DNA from: Candidatus Limnocylindria bacterium
GTDB lineage: Bacteria; Chloroflexota; Limnocylindria; QHBO01
DNA: 64,000 bases
Assembly: GCA_035708065.1 (NCBI GenBank)
Contig: DASSTC010000049.1
Span: 1,694 to 65,693, forward strand
Reading direction: 5' to 3'
Both the position numbers and the translations under genes were made by a program. The notes under the pieces were generated by a model that saw nothing but the letters and a program-made list of their open reading frames with translations, did no database searches and was not told the origin of the DNA. Numbering within the stretch: position 1 is the first letter of the stretch; every line of letters starts with the position of its first letter. This document shows, in pieces, positions 38,601 to 46,684 of the stretch.

Positions 38601-39570
38601 CTTCGCTCGAGCGCACGCCGCGGCCTTCGCCAAGATCACCTACGACACCGCCTGGCTGAAGCTGCATTACCCGGCGCACTACTACGCCGGCATCCTCAAC
38701 AACCAGCCGATGGGCTTCTACTCCCCGGCGGTGATCGTCAACGACGCCAAGCGTCACGGCATCGCCGTCCTGCCCGTCGACGTCAACGAGTCGGCATGGG
38801 AGCACGACACCCGACCGATGCCGGACGGCAGGTTCGCCCTGCGCCTGGGGCTGAGCCAGGTCAAGGGCATCGGCGAGGCCGAGCGGGAGCGTCTCACCAT
38901 CGAACGTGCAACCGGTCCGTATCGGTCCGTCAGGGAGTTCGTGGCGCGCACCGGACTGGGCGAGCAGGTCATCGAACGGCTGATCAGCATCGGTGCCTTC
39001 GACTGGACCGATGCGCCGCGTCGCGAGCTGCTCTGGCAGCTGCGCAGCACCCTGGCCGACGCGAACCCCGCGCATCCCGCGCTGGGCCTGACCGATGACG
39101 CCCAGCGCACGCTGGGTGCCTCCCTGCCGGCGATGACCGATGCAGAACGGGTCGCCGCCGACTACCGCGACACCGGCGTCTCGCCGAATCTCCACGCCGT
39201 CGAGCTGTACCGCGAGCGCCTGGCTGGTGCCGGCGTGATCCCGGTGGCCGATGCCGGCCGGCGCCGGGATCGCTCGATGATCCGGCTGGCAGGGCTGGCG
39301 GTCAGCATCCAGCACCCGATGACCGCCAAGCACTTCGTCTTCATCGCGCTCGAGGACGAGAGCGGCATGATCAACGTCACCCTGCGGCCGGACGTCTACC
39401 AGCGCTACCGCGGCCTGCTGCATCGCCACCCGCTGCTGGTGATCGACGGCGTCCTGCAGGTGGAGGGCGAGGTCCTCAACGTCGTCGCGCGGCGAGTGCG
39501 CGGCGTCGACGAGGTCGTGGCCGAGACGACCCGGATGGATCTCACGCGGCAGCAGCGGATGTTCCGCTAG
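35617..39570 (+). CDS. dnaE2: error-prone DNA polymerase DnaE2 (ImuC), with a ~200-aa low-complexity insertion
   Basis: N-terminus YCELHAHSNFSFLDGASHVEDLV (the DnaE2-type PHP start), palm/fingers motifs (HVGGMLV, PDIDLDF), OB fold; 1317 aa against ~1050-1100 typical. Confidence 0.9.
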   Translation: MPTPDDPAAYCELHAHSNFSFLDGASHVEDLVALAALLDLPALAITDHAGLYAAVRLVKAAEQTQTDAARSAGLSPVRPIIGLELSIPRDEHELRLARRGRKLNDPLRGERASRGWPGELHAGPMPGDHLVLLARDGDGYTALSRLASRGHLAGEKQFPIFERSLVEAALDEARGHLIGLSGCRNGEVPRRLLAGDDGEALATAQRWASHFPEGGFGVELSHHLQPDDDWLVAQLAELARRAGLPTVVTNEVHYAEPGGHRLQDVLVCIRHGATLTEARELLLPNAEYRLKSAAELAAIGAVLPEASARRAWRQGMAEAARIGQACRLDLNFERYRFPGFTVPEGETPFSYLYQLAHDGLLRRYRPITKRALQQLTHELDIIERTHLAEFFLIVWDLMEFARRRGIIGQGRGSAGDSIVAYCLGITKVDPIEHKLLFERFINEARTLPDIDLDFDVNRREEVIQYLYTTYGADHAAMVCTIVTYRARSAVREVAKALGFPAASVDRLAKALDTRDASDVARDLALDGSFAWLFDELGIDMDAAAVPPGRDGRGQPVSEGGWYPPKRPRVFDQSVTAIRFEATQTKRYAAGVVPEHLPQPRDTGSPGPASERRAVVRVDPESGMPIEERRARSVMLIAGGPQPGQTSTRIGLDKDKASGMGGGDGNRPANPANLGTQGARKPSAASAPGTRLPKPGVIQVWQESGESGADATDATDATDPTDGTAATAATTPHAAPRNRWQWLLQLCGEIDAFPRHLGIHVGGMLVTRTPLIDLVPIEKATMPNRVVTQYDKEDIEQLGLVKIDLLSLRTLGVVADALDRIERDTQTRPDLDQLPHDDPDVFKTIRTADTVGMFQIESRAQMQALPKARPERFEDLVVQVAIIRPGPIQGNAVHPYLRRRAGAEEVTYLHPSLEPILSDTLGVILYQEQVMQIAIDVCGYTPLEADIFRKAMGSHRSHREMEKEHARFVTGAQRTGLTGDDAEELFKRCGAFAEFGFARAHAAAFAKITYDTAWLKLHYPAHYYAGILNNQPMGFYSPAVIVNDAKRHGIAVLPVDVNESAWEHDTRPMPDGRFALRLGLSQVKGIGEAERERLTIERATGPYRSVREFVARTGLGEQVIERLISIGAFDWTDAPRRELLWQLRSTLADANPAHPALGLTDDAQRTLGASLPAMTDAERVAADYRDTGVSPNLHAVELYRERLAGAGVIPVADAGRRRDRSMIRLAGLAVSIQHPMTAKHFVFIALEDESGMINVTLRPDVYQRYRGLLHRHPLLVIDGVLQVEGEVLNVVARRVRGVDEVVAETTRMDLTRQQRMFR
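37541..37720. repeat. second copy of the palindromic insertion element (TIR CTGGCCAAACTTCAA / TTCAAGTTTGGCAAG), in frame inside dnaE2
   Basis: Shares the termini and the internal CCTAAGCCCG block with the imuB copy; both copies end by encoding ...PKP.V..VWQ.. in the host frame. Confidence 0.65.
37738..37803. repeat. 9-bp tandem repeat (GATGCGACS x5, then GCAGCCACS x2), in frame inside dnaE2
   Basis: gatgcgacg gatgcgacc gatgccacc gatcccacc gatgggacc gcagccacg gcagccacc, encoding DAT-DAT-DAT-DPT-DGT-AAT-AAT, immediately 3' of the palindromic element. Confidence 0.7.
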
Positions 39571-39666
39571 CCCGTATACTCGCCGCCTGACCCGATCCGG
39601 CACGAATCCGGCAAGCCTGGCCTCGCACGCCACAGTGCGAGCGCCGCAGCTCGCGTCAGGAGAGCC

Positions 39667-40455
39667 ATGAACGCCGTCCTGCAGTCTCGCGTCGACGTCG
39701 CGCCACTGCCCGCCACGACCGCCGCGGTCGTCATCGTCCCGGCCTACAACGAGGAGGCCGGGCTGGCGGCCGTGCTGCACGAGCTCGCTCCGCTGCGCGA
39801 GCAGGGCATCGAGGTGCTCGTCGTCGACGACGCCTCGACCGATCGCACCGTGCTTGTCGCCGAGGCGGCCGGCGTGCGGGTCATTCGCCGCCGCCGTAAC
39901 GGCGGCAAGGGTGCGGCCATCCGCACGGGCGTCGCGGCGGTCGACGCGCCGAAGGTCGTGACCATCGACGCCGACGGTACCTATCCGGTCGAGGCGATCG
40001 TGCCGATCGTGCGCCTGCTCGACGATCACGACATCGTCCTCGGCGCGCGCACAGTCGGGCGCGGCAACATCCCCATCTTCAACCGGCTGGGCAACACCGC
40101 GCTGCGGCTCGTGATCCGCGCGGCGTCGGGCTTCGGATCCGCGGATCCGCTCACCGGCCTGTACGGCATTCGCCGCGAGCATCTCGACGCGATGGAGCTG
40201 CGCTCCGACGGCTTCGCGATCGAGGCCGAGATCGCGGTGAAGAGCGCCCGGCTCGGACTGCGGCACGTCGACTACCCGATCGGCTACGCCGAGCGCATCG
40301 GCGAGTCGAAGCTCAACCCGGTGCGCGACGGGAGCGTCATCGCCGCCACGATCCTGCGGCTGGTGCTCGACGGCAGCCTCACCCGGCTGACGCGCCGCCG
40401 GCGACGGCGCCGCGCTCGCTTGCTGGCTCGTGCCCGGCGGATGACCCGCAGCTGA
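39667..40455 (+). CDS. family-2 glycosyltransferase (polyprenyl-phosphate sugar synthase, DPM1/ArnC-like)
   Basis: VVIVPAYNEE ... VVDDASTD ... DADGTYP motifs of GT2 (DxD); 262 aa. Confidence 0.8.
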   Translation: MNAVLQSRVDVAPLPATTAAVVIVPAYNEEAGLAAVLHELAPLREQGIEVLVVDDASTDRTVLVAEAAGVRVIRRRRNGGKGAAIRTGVAAVDAPKVVTIDADGTYPVEAIVPIVRLLDDHDIVLGARTVGRGNIPIFNRLGNTALRLVIRAASGFGSADPLTGLYGIRREHLDAMELRSDGFAIEAEIAVKSARLGLRHVDYPIGYAERIGESKLNPVRDGSVIAATILRLVLDGSLTRLTRRRRRRRARLLARARRMTRS

Positions 40456-40619
40456 TCAGCCGGCGATCCCCGGCGGACCGCTCGCCGGCCGCAACCGCCG
40501 CGCTGCTCGTCGTCGCGGTAGGAGCGCTGTCGAGCGCCGCGCTCGTCATCGCCTCCGCGGTCCGGCTCGTCTCGCTCGGGCCGTCGCTGCCGCTGCGCCT
40601 GCTGATCGGGGCGCCGCTG

Positions 40620-42380
40620 GTGCTGGTCATCGGGCTGGCGCTGCTCTGGATCGTCGGCCGACGCCTGTCGCCCCGCGACCTGGGGCACCGCGCGGCGGTC
40701 ATGCTGGCTGCCGTCTCGTTGCCGGTCGCCGTGGCGCTGCCACTGAGCTGGTTCGCCGGCGTCTCCCGGGACGTGGGTCTCTTCGAGGTGTGCCTGCTCG
40801 TCGCCGCCGTCCTCGCCGTCCTCACGGGCGCCACGCTGGCGCTCGCCCGCCCTCCGCTCGGCGCCTGGCTTCGGCGTCCGAGCCTGGCGGGCGCCTCGCG
40901 CGCCGAGCTGCTGCTGATCGGAGGAATCCTTGTGCTCTTCGCGGCAATCGTGGTGCGGCTCATCGCGGTCCGCCCGGTGATGGGCTTCGATGAGTCGATC
41001 TACGCGCTGACCTCGCGCTGGTGGGTGAGCGGCACGCCGAACACCGGCTGGTCGGCGCACCGCTCGCCGGGGATGTCGCTGCTGGGCATTGTCGCCGTGC
41101 CGTTCGCACCGGCCGAGGCACCGTTCCGGGTGTTCGGCCTGCTGTTCGGACTCGGCGCGCTGGCGGTCACCTGGCGGCTCGGCCGGGAGCTGGCCGGGCC
41201 GGCGGCCGGAGTCGCCGCCGCGCTGACGGTCGCCACCATTCCCGACTTCCAGCTGAATGCCGGCGCGTTCCTCACCGACGTGCCGTCGGCGGCGCTGATG
41301 ATCCTGCTCATGCTGCTCGCCTGGCGCTGCTTTGAGACCGGGGCCGAAGCCGACCCGGCTGGCGCGCGTCGCGGGCTGCTGCTCCTTGCTCCCGTCGCCG
41401 CGATCACGTTCTACGTCCGCTACGGCGCCGCGGTGCCGATCGTGCTGCTCGTCGCGACCGTCCTCCTGCTGTGGCCGGGGCGCATCTGGCGCTGGTGGCG
41501 GAGCGTGCTCGTCACGGCGGCGCTCCTCGTCGTGCTGCTGGTGCCGCACATGATCTATGCCACCAGCCTGCTCGGTGCCCCCTGGAGCATCGCGCTCAGC
41601 GCGCGGAACCTCGCCGCGCCGGCGTACCTCGGCCAGGCGCTGCAGATCTACCTGTCGCAGTTCTTCACCACCGTTGCGGGACCGATCGCCGGGGCGCTCG
41701 CCGTGGCCGGCATCGGGGGCGCGGCGTTCCACCTCCTGGCTCGGCGTCGGTTCGATCGCCTGTCGAGGGCGTACCTGTTCGTCCTGCTCCCGGCCCTCTC
41801 GGTTGGCCTGCTGCTCGGCCTCGTCACGCTGGCACAGACGCGCTACATCTACGTGTCGCTGATCCTCCTCGCGGTTGCCGGCGGCCTCGCCATCGCGCCG
41901 CTCTGGCGGCGCCTGCCCACGCTGCCGCGCATCGGAACGGCCACGCTCGCGTTCGTCGCGATCGCCATCGCGATGCTGAACGCAGGCACGACCATGGTCG
42001 CCGCGCAGGCGGCGTATGCCCGCACCCAGCGCGACATCGTCATCGCCAGCGAACGGATCCGGGCCGATGCGCTGGACTCCAGCCCGGGTGGCCACCTCGA
42101 CTGCTCGGTGCTCGCCTTCCCGGTGCCGGCGGTGACCTGGTATTCCGGCTGCGCGACGTTCCACTTCGGTTATCCGGCACAGCCCGGTCGCGATGCACTG
42201 CTCACCGGGCCGCATCGGTATCTCGTGCTCCTCTCGGGAACGACCGTTCGCCAGCCGCAGGGACCGATGCTCGACGGCTACCTGCGCCTCGTCGAGCCGC
42301 AGCCATTCGCCACGGTCGATGACCAGGCCGCCGGCGGCATCGCGGTCCGGATCTACCGGTTCCGCACCCCCGCGAACTGA
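40620..42380 (+). CDS. GT-C fold membrane glycosyltransferase (ArnT/PMT family, GT39/GT83-like)
   Basis: 586 aa polytopic membrane protein with a MGFDESIYAL ... W-rich periplasmic-loop signature typical of ArnT/PMT family; GTG start; follows the GT2 gene. Confidence 0.7.
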   Translation: MLVIGLALLWIVGRRLSPRDLGHRAAVMLAAVSLPVAVALPLSWFAGVSRDVGLFEVCLLVAAVLAVLTGATLALARPPLGAWLRRPSLAGASRAELLLIGGILVLFAAIVVRLIAVRPVMGFDESIYALTSRWWVSGTPNTGWSAHRSPGMSLLGIVAVPFAPAEAPFRVFGLLFGLGALAVTWRLGRELAGPAAGVAAALTVATIPDFQLNAGAFLTDVPSAALMILLMLLAWRCFETGAEADPAGARRGLLLLAPVAAITFYVRYGAAVPIVLLVATVLLLWPGRIWRWWRSVLVTAALLVVLLVPHMIYATSLLGAPWSIALSARNLAAPAYLGQALQIYLSQFFTTVAGPIAGALAVAGIGGAAFHLLARRRFDRLSRAYLFVLLPALSVGLLLGLVTLAQTRYIYVSLILLAVAGGLAIAPLWRRLPTLPRIGTATLAFVAIAIAMLNAGTTMVAAQAAYARTQRDIVIASERIRADALDSSPGGHLDCSVLAFPVPAVTWYSGCATFHFGYPAQPGRDALLTGPHRYLVLLSGTTVRQPQGPMLDGYLRLVEPQPFATVDDQAAGGIAVRIYRFRTPAN

Positions 42381-42393
42381 CCGGCCGCCGTCG

Positions 42394-43203
42394 TCAGCCG
42401 GACGACGCGCCGAGGAGCGCCGGCAGCACGCTGCCGAAGAAGTACCCGACGATGCCGGCGAAGGCGCCCAGCAGGACGATCTCGCTGCCGGACTGGAACC
42501 AGCGCCGTCGGGTCCAGCGTGACTTCATGACGCCGATGCCGAACAGCACCGCCACGGTGAGCACCACCGATACGTAGGTTGCCCCGCCGCCGCTCACCGG
42601 CAGGAAGACATAGGGGACCAGCGGGAATGCCGAGCCGAGCCCGAAGGCCGCTCCCATGATCACCGACCCCTGGAATGGCGAGCCGTGCGCCTCCTCGACC
42701 GCGAGCCCGAGCTCCTTCTCGACCATCGTCTTGAGCAGGACATCGGGATGGCGCGCCATCACTGCGGCCACGTCGGCGGCGTCGGCTCGCGGCAGACCGT
42801 CCTCCTCGAGCATGTAGGCGATCTCGGCCTCGGCCTCGCCGGGCCGCTCGGCGACCTCCTCACGCTCGCCGGCGATCTGCGCGTCGAAGATCTCGCGCTG
42901 GCTCTTGCTGCTCGTGTACTCGCCGGCCGCCATGCTGAAGATCCCCGCCAGGGCCGATGCAATGCCGGCCACCATGATCGGGAAGCGGTCCGGCGTCGCG
43001 CCGGCGACCGTGCTGACCACCGCGAGGGTGGAGACGAGGCCGTCCTGCGCCCCGAAGATCGCCTCCCGGATCTCACCCAGCAGGCCGGCACGCCGGCGCT
43101 CCTCGGCGAGGTGCGCCGCGACCCAGGCACGGTCGAACTCGTGCGCGTCGAGCTCGGCGCGCACCGCCTCGTCGTCCATCCGCCGCAGGTCGTCGGCCTC
43201 CAT
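42394..43203 (-). CDS. VIT1/CCC1 family iron/manganese transporter
   Basis: N-terminal ferritin-like cytosolic region plus five TM helices with FGAQDGLVSTLAVVSTVAG. Confidence 0.75.
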   Translation of the reverse strand: MEADDLRRMDDEAVRAELDAHEFDRAWVAAHLAEERRRAGLLGEIREAIFGAQDGLVSTLAVVSTVAGATPDRFPIMVAGIASALAGIFSMAAGEYTSSKSQREIFDAQIAGEREEVAERPGEAEAEIAYMLEEDGLPRADAADVAAVMARHPDVLLKTMVEKELGLAVEEAHGSPFQGSVIMGAAFGLGSAFPLVPYVFLPVSGGGATYVSVVLTVAVLFGIGVMKSRWTRRRWFQSGSEIVLLGAFAGIVGYFFGSVLPALLGASSG

Positions 43204-43302
43204 CGCCTGATCCTAGCCCCCGCCGCTCGTCGCGCGCCGCCGCGGGAACCGCTGCGCGTCGCGCACGTCTTGAGTGCAACCAGCAATCTTCGGGAGGATC
43301 AC

Positions 43303-44223
43303 ATGTCCCGCACCGATGCGCCCCGCGCAGCCCATCGTCGCGCTGCGCTCGTACCCATCACCCTGCTCGTCGCCTTGCTGCTCGTCGCCTGCAGCGGCGG
43401 CGCCGGCACGGCCCAGCCGCCAGTGCCGGCGGCAGGGGTGGGAGACCGCCTCGCCGAGGCGCCGAAAGGAGGATCGGCGGCCGGACCGTCCGGCGCGCCG
43501 GACGCGGCCGAGGTCGATGCCGAGCGACGGATCGTGAAGACCGGCGAGATCAGCATCCGCGTGCCGAATGTCGCCGAGGCGCTCGCCAGCGTGCGCGCCA
43601 CGACCCAGCGGCTCGGCGGCTACGTCGGCGGCTCGCAGGCCGGCACCCTCGAGGATGCTGCGACGCTGACGCTGCGGATCCCCGCGGACCGCTTCGATGA
43701 CGCGCTGGCGGCGCTCCACGAGCTCGACGGCAAGGTCCTCGTCGAGGCGACCCGCGAGGAGGACGTCACGTCGACGATCGTCGACCTCGACGCACGGATC
43801 GCGAACCTCGTGGCCTCCGAGGCGCAGTACCGCGCGCTCCTGGCACGCGCCGAGAAGATCGACGACGTCCTCAGCGTCCAGTCGCGGCTCGACGAGGTGC
43901 GCGGCCAGATCGAGCAGCTCAAGGGCCAGCTGAAGTCGGTGAGCGGCCAGGCCGATCTCGCCACGCTGACCGTGACGCTGACGCCCGACGACAAGCCGGT
44001 CCAGCAGGCGTCGAGCAACTGGGATCCCGGCGCCACCGCATCGCAGGCGCTCGCGGCGCTGGTCGAGATCGGGCAAGGACTGGCGTCGGCGGTGATCTGG
44101 TTCGGCATCGTCTGGCTGCCGGTGCTGCTGATCCTGGCCATCGTCGCCACGCTCGTGCTGCGTGCGCTGCTCGAGCTGCGCCGGAGGCTGCCCGCCACGC
44201 CGAGCGACACGTCGGCCGGCTGA
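43303..44223 (+). CDS. DUF4349 domain lipoprotein
   Basis: ATG 43303 after a GGGAGGA SD; lipobox LLLVACSGG; coiled-coil middle; C-terminal TM. Confidence 0.65.
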   Translation: MSRTDAPRAAHRRAALVPITLLVALLLVACSGGAGTAQPPVPAAGVGDRLAEAPKGGSAAGPSGAPDAAEVDAERRIVKTGEISIRVPNVAEALASVRATTQRLGGYVGGSQAGTLEDAATLTLRIPADRFDDALAALHELDGKVLVEATREEDVTSTIVDLDARIANLVASEAQYRALLARAEKIDDVLSVQSRLDEVRGQIEQLKGQLKSVSGQADLATLTVTLTPDDKPVQQASSNWDPGATASQALAALVEIGQGLASAVIWFGIVWLPVLLILAIVATLVLRALLELRRRLPATPSDTSAG

Positions 44224-44300
44224 GCAAACGGCTCAGCGGATGCGCTAGACTCACCCCGGTCCTTTAAGACCGGCACCGAGATGCCGGAAAGGAGCGGGTG

Positions 44301-45494
44301 ATGACCCAGACTGTCGCGCGAACCGAACCGATGACGCCAGCCGCCGAAGCGCGGCCGGCGTCTTTTTCGTCTCCGGAGGTCTTGCCCTCGCCCGGCCTGA
44401 TTGCCCTGGAGGAGGGCAGCGTCCACCGCGGCGTCCTGCGCGGAGCACCGGTTTCCGCCGAGGGGGATCTCATCTTCACCACCGCCGCCAGCGGTTGGGG
44501 TGAGATCCTGACCGATCCCTCCTACGCCGGACAGATCGTGGTGCTGACCCATCCCATGGCCGGCAACTACCGGATCGATCCGGCCGAGCTCGAGTCGTCG
44601 CGGGTGCATGCCCGGGCGCTCGTCGTGTCGCGGCTGGTGACCCCACCCGACGGACCGGGCAGAAGCCTCGAGGAGGTGCTGCACGAGGCGCGCATCCCGG
44701 CGCTGGCCGGCGTCGACACGCGGGCGCTGACGCTCGAGCTGCGGCGCGGCGTCCGGCGGCGCGCGGTCATTCGCCGCGCGGCCAGCGCGGACAGTCCCGC
44801 GCCGGAGGACCTGCAGGCGGTCGCCGAGGCGGCCGACACGGTGCCCTGGGAGAGCGTCGACCATGTCGCCGCGGTCGCCACGCGCGAACGCCGTGTGCTG
44901 GCGCCCATCGGCGCGCGCCGTGCCCGGGCGGTCCTGGTCGACTACGGCGTGAAGCGCTCGCTGCTCGCGGCCCTCCGCCAGCGCGGCCTGGAGATCGTCG
45001 TGCTGCCGCCGGACGCGACGGCGGCCGACGTCGCGTCGAACGCGCCGGATCTCATCGTTCTGTCGCCCGGCCCCGGCGACCCGTCGCGCATGGCCGCCCA
45101 GATCGCGATGGTCGGCACGCTGGCCGCCGACGCGATTGGCGGCGGGACGCCGATCCTCGGGATCTGCCTCGGGCATCAGCTGCTGGCGCTCGCCGCGGGG
45201 GCGAGGACGCATCGGCTCGGGGTGGGTCATCACGGCGGCAATCACGCGGTGGTCGACGGCAGCGGCCGGGTCGACATCGGCGCGCACAACCACGAGATCG
45301 CGGTGATCGACGATGTGGCGCTCGCCGCAGCGGGCTACGAGGTGACGCATCGCGATCTGAACGACGGCACCGTCGAGGGCCTGCGCCATGCTTCGGGGCG
45401 CGTGGCATCGGTCCAGTTTCACCCGGAGGGAGCGCCCGGGCCGATCGACGCCGCGCGGATCTTCGACCTGGCCGTGGCCTCAGCCGCCCGATGA
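44301..45494 (+). CDS. carA: carbamoyl-phosphate synthase small (glutaminase) subunit
   Basis: GICLGHQLL catalytic Cys, HNHE ... FHPE His/Glu triad region. ATG 44301 has better SD spacing than GTG 44298; ~30-aa N-terminal extension relative to the canonical CarA. Confidence 0.9.
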   Translation: MTQTVARTEPMTPAAEARPASFSSPEVLPSPGLIALEEGSVHRGVLRGAPVSAEGDLIFTTAASGWGEILTDPSYAGQIVVLTHPMAGNYRIDPAELESSRVHARALVVSRLVTPPDGPGRSLEEVLHEARIPALAGVDTRALTLELRRGVRRRAVIRRAASADSPAPEDLQAVAEAADTVPWESVDHVAAVATRERRVLAPIGARRARAVLVDYGVKRSLLAALRQRGLEIVVLPPDATAADVASNAPDLIVLSPGPGDPSRMAAQIAMVGTLAADAIGGGTPILGICLGHQLLALAAGARTHRLGVGHHGGNHAVVDGSGRVDIGAHNHEIAVIDDVALAAAGYEVTHRDLNDGTVEGLRHASGRVASVQFHPEGAPGPIDAARIFDLAVASAAR

Positions 45495-46684
45495 GTCTCG
45501 GCGAGCGCGACCTGGGCCGAGCGGCCGGCATCGCGGCGCTCGTCATCTTCGGCCTGCTGTTGCTGAGCGGCCGATCCGGCGACCTGCTGCCCTCCCAGGC
45601 GCGCCTCGGGCTGGTCCTCGCCCTGCCGGTCGTCGGCCTCGCCTTCTGGTGGTGGAACGAGCCGGTCCTGGTGGTCGCCTACCTCCTGTTGGGCGGGGTG
45701 CTGCTGCGGCTCGTCGATTTCCCGCCGGGTGGTGCCGGTGGGAGCGACGTGCTGGCCGCGGTGAACGAGGGCATCGGCGTGGTGCTCGGCGGCGGGAATC
45801 CGTACGACCACGTCTACCAGGCGACCCGCCCCGCGGGGCAGCCGATGCCGTACCCGCCCGGCGCGCTGCTCATCCACCTGCCCGGCCACCTGTGGTCGGG
45901 GCTGTACGGCGTCCAGATGACCGAGGTCGTGCTCGCGACCAGTGCGATGCTGCTGCTCGCGCTCCTCGGCTCGGTCGCAGGTTCCCTGGCGCTGGCCACG
46001 CCGGCGGTCGCGCTGTACGCGGGGCTCGGCAACCTGGTCAACCTGTCCGTGGACGGTTCGAACGACACCGGCACCGGCGCCCTGCTGCTGGCGGCGCTGG
46101 TGGCGCTCGCCTGGGCGCTGCGGCGCAATGCACGACCGCTGGAGCTGGCCGCTGCCGGGCTCCTGGCCGGCGTCGCGCTGTCGATGAAGCAGAGCGCCCT
46201 GCCGCTGGCCGTGCTGCCCGCCGCATACCTGTGGTGGACTCGTGGCCGGCCGGCGACGGTGCCGTACCTCGGCGGCCTGGTGGCGCTGGTCGGCCTCGTC
46301 TCGCTGCCGTTCCTGGCGATGGGACCTGCGGCCTTCGTGGGACGCCTCGCGAGCTTCAGCGGCGTGCACACCGACGTCTATGGCTGGAACGTGTGGACCT
46401 TCGCGCAGTCGATCGGCTGGCCTGTGGCGGACGTGGCGACGGCCGGCACGATCACCATCCTGGTCGGCGGCCTGGCGCTGGTCATCGCCCTGGTCATGCC
46501 GTACCGGCGGCTGGCGGCCGCGGTGCTGGCCGCGGTCGGCGTCACGCTGGCCGCCTTCTTCGCCGCGCGATGGACGACGTACGCCTACTTCGCCATGCTC
46601 GCGCCGGTCGTCCTGGCGATCCCGATGCTGCTCGCGGTCGACCGCGAGCAGGCGACACCCGCGGGCGCGGCGCTGCCCGCATGA
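45491..46684 (+). CDS. polytopic membrane protein of unknown function (possibly a GT-C/DUF2029-like glycosyltransferase) inserted between carA and carB
   Basis: 397 aa, ~10 hydrophobic helices; ATGA overlaps with both the carA stop and the carB start. The co-linear frame that extends carB upstream is Arg-rich nonsense, so this frame is the real one. Confidence 0.65.
   Translation: MSLGERDLGRAAGIAALVIFGLLLLSGRSGDLLPSQARLGLVLALPVVGLAFWWWNEPVLVVAYLLLGGVLLRLVDFPPGGAGGSDVLAAVNEGIGVVLGGGNPYDHVYQATRPAGQPMPYPPGALLIHLPGHLWSGLYGVQMTEVVLATSAMLLLALLGSVAGSLALATPAVALYAGLGNLVNLSVDGSNDTGTGALLLAALVALAWALRRNARPLELAAAGLLAGVALSMKQSALPLAVLPAAYLWWTRGRPATVPYLGGLVALVGLVSLPFLAMGPAAFVGRLASFSGVHTDVYGWNVWTFAQSIGWPVADVATAGTITILVGGLALVIALVMPYRRLAAAVLAAVGVTLAAFFAARWTTYAYFAMLAPVVLAIPMLLAVDREQATPAGAALPA

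Noticed and set aside
37732-40266. 844-aa ORF antisense to dnaE2 and the GT2 gene
   Set aside because: Same pattern of Arg/Ala/Gly-rich nonsense opposite conserved genes.
45388-46680. Apparent 430-aa N-terminal extension of carB in the ORF table
   Set aside because: The extension is Arg/Pro/Gly-rich junk. The alternative frame encodes a coherent 10-TM membrane protein, and carB homology begins exactly at ATG 46681.
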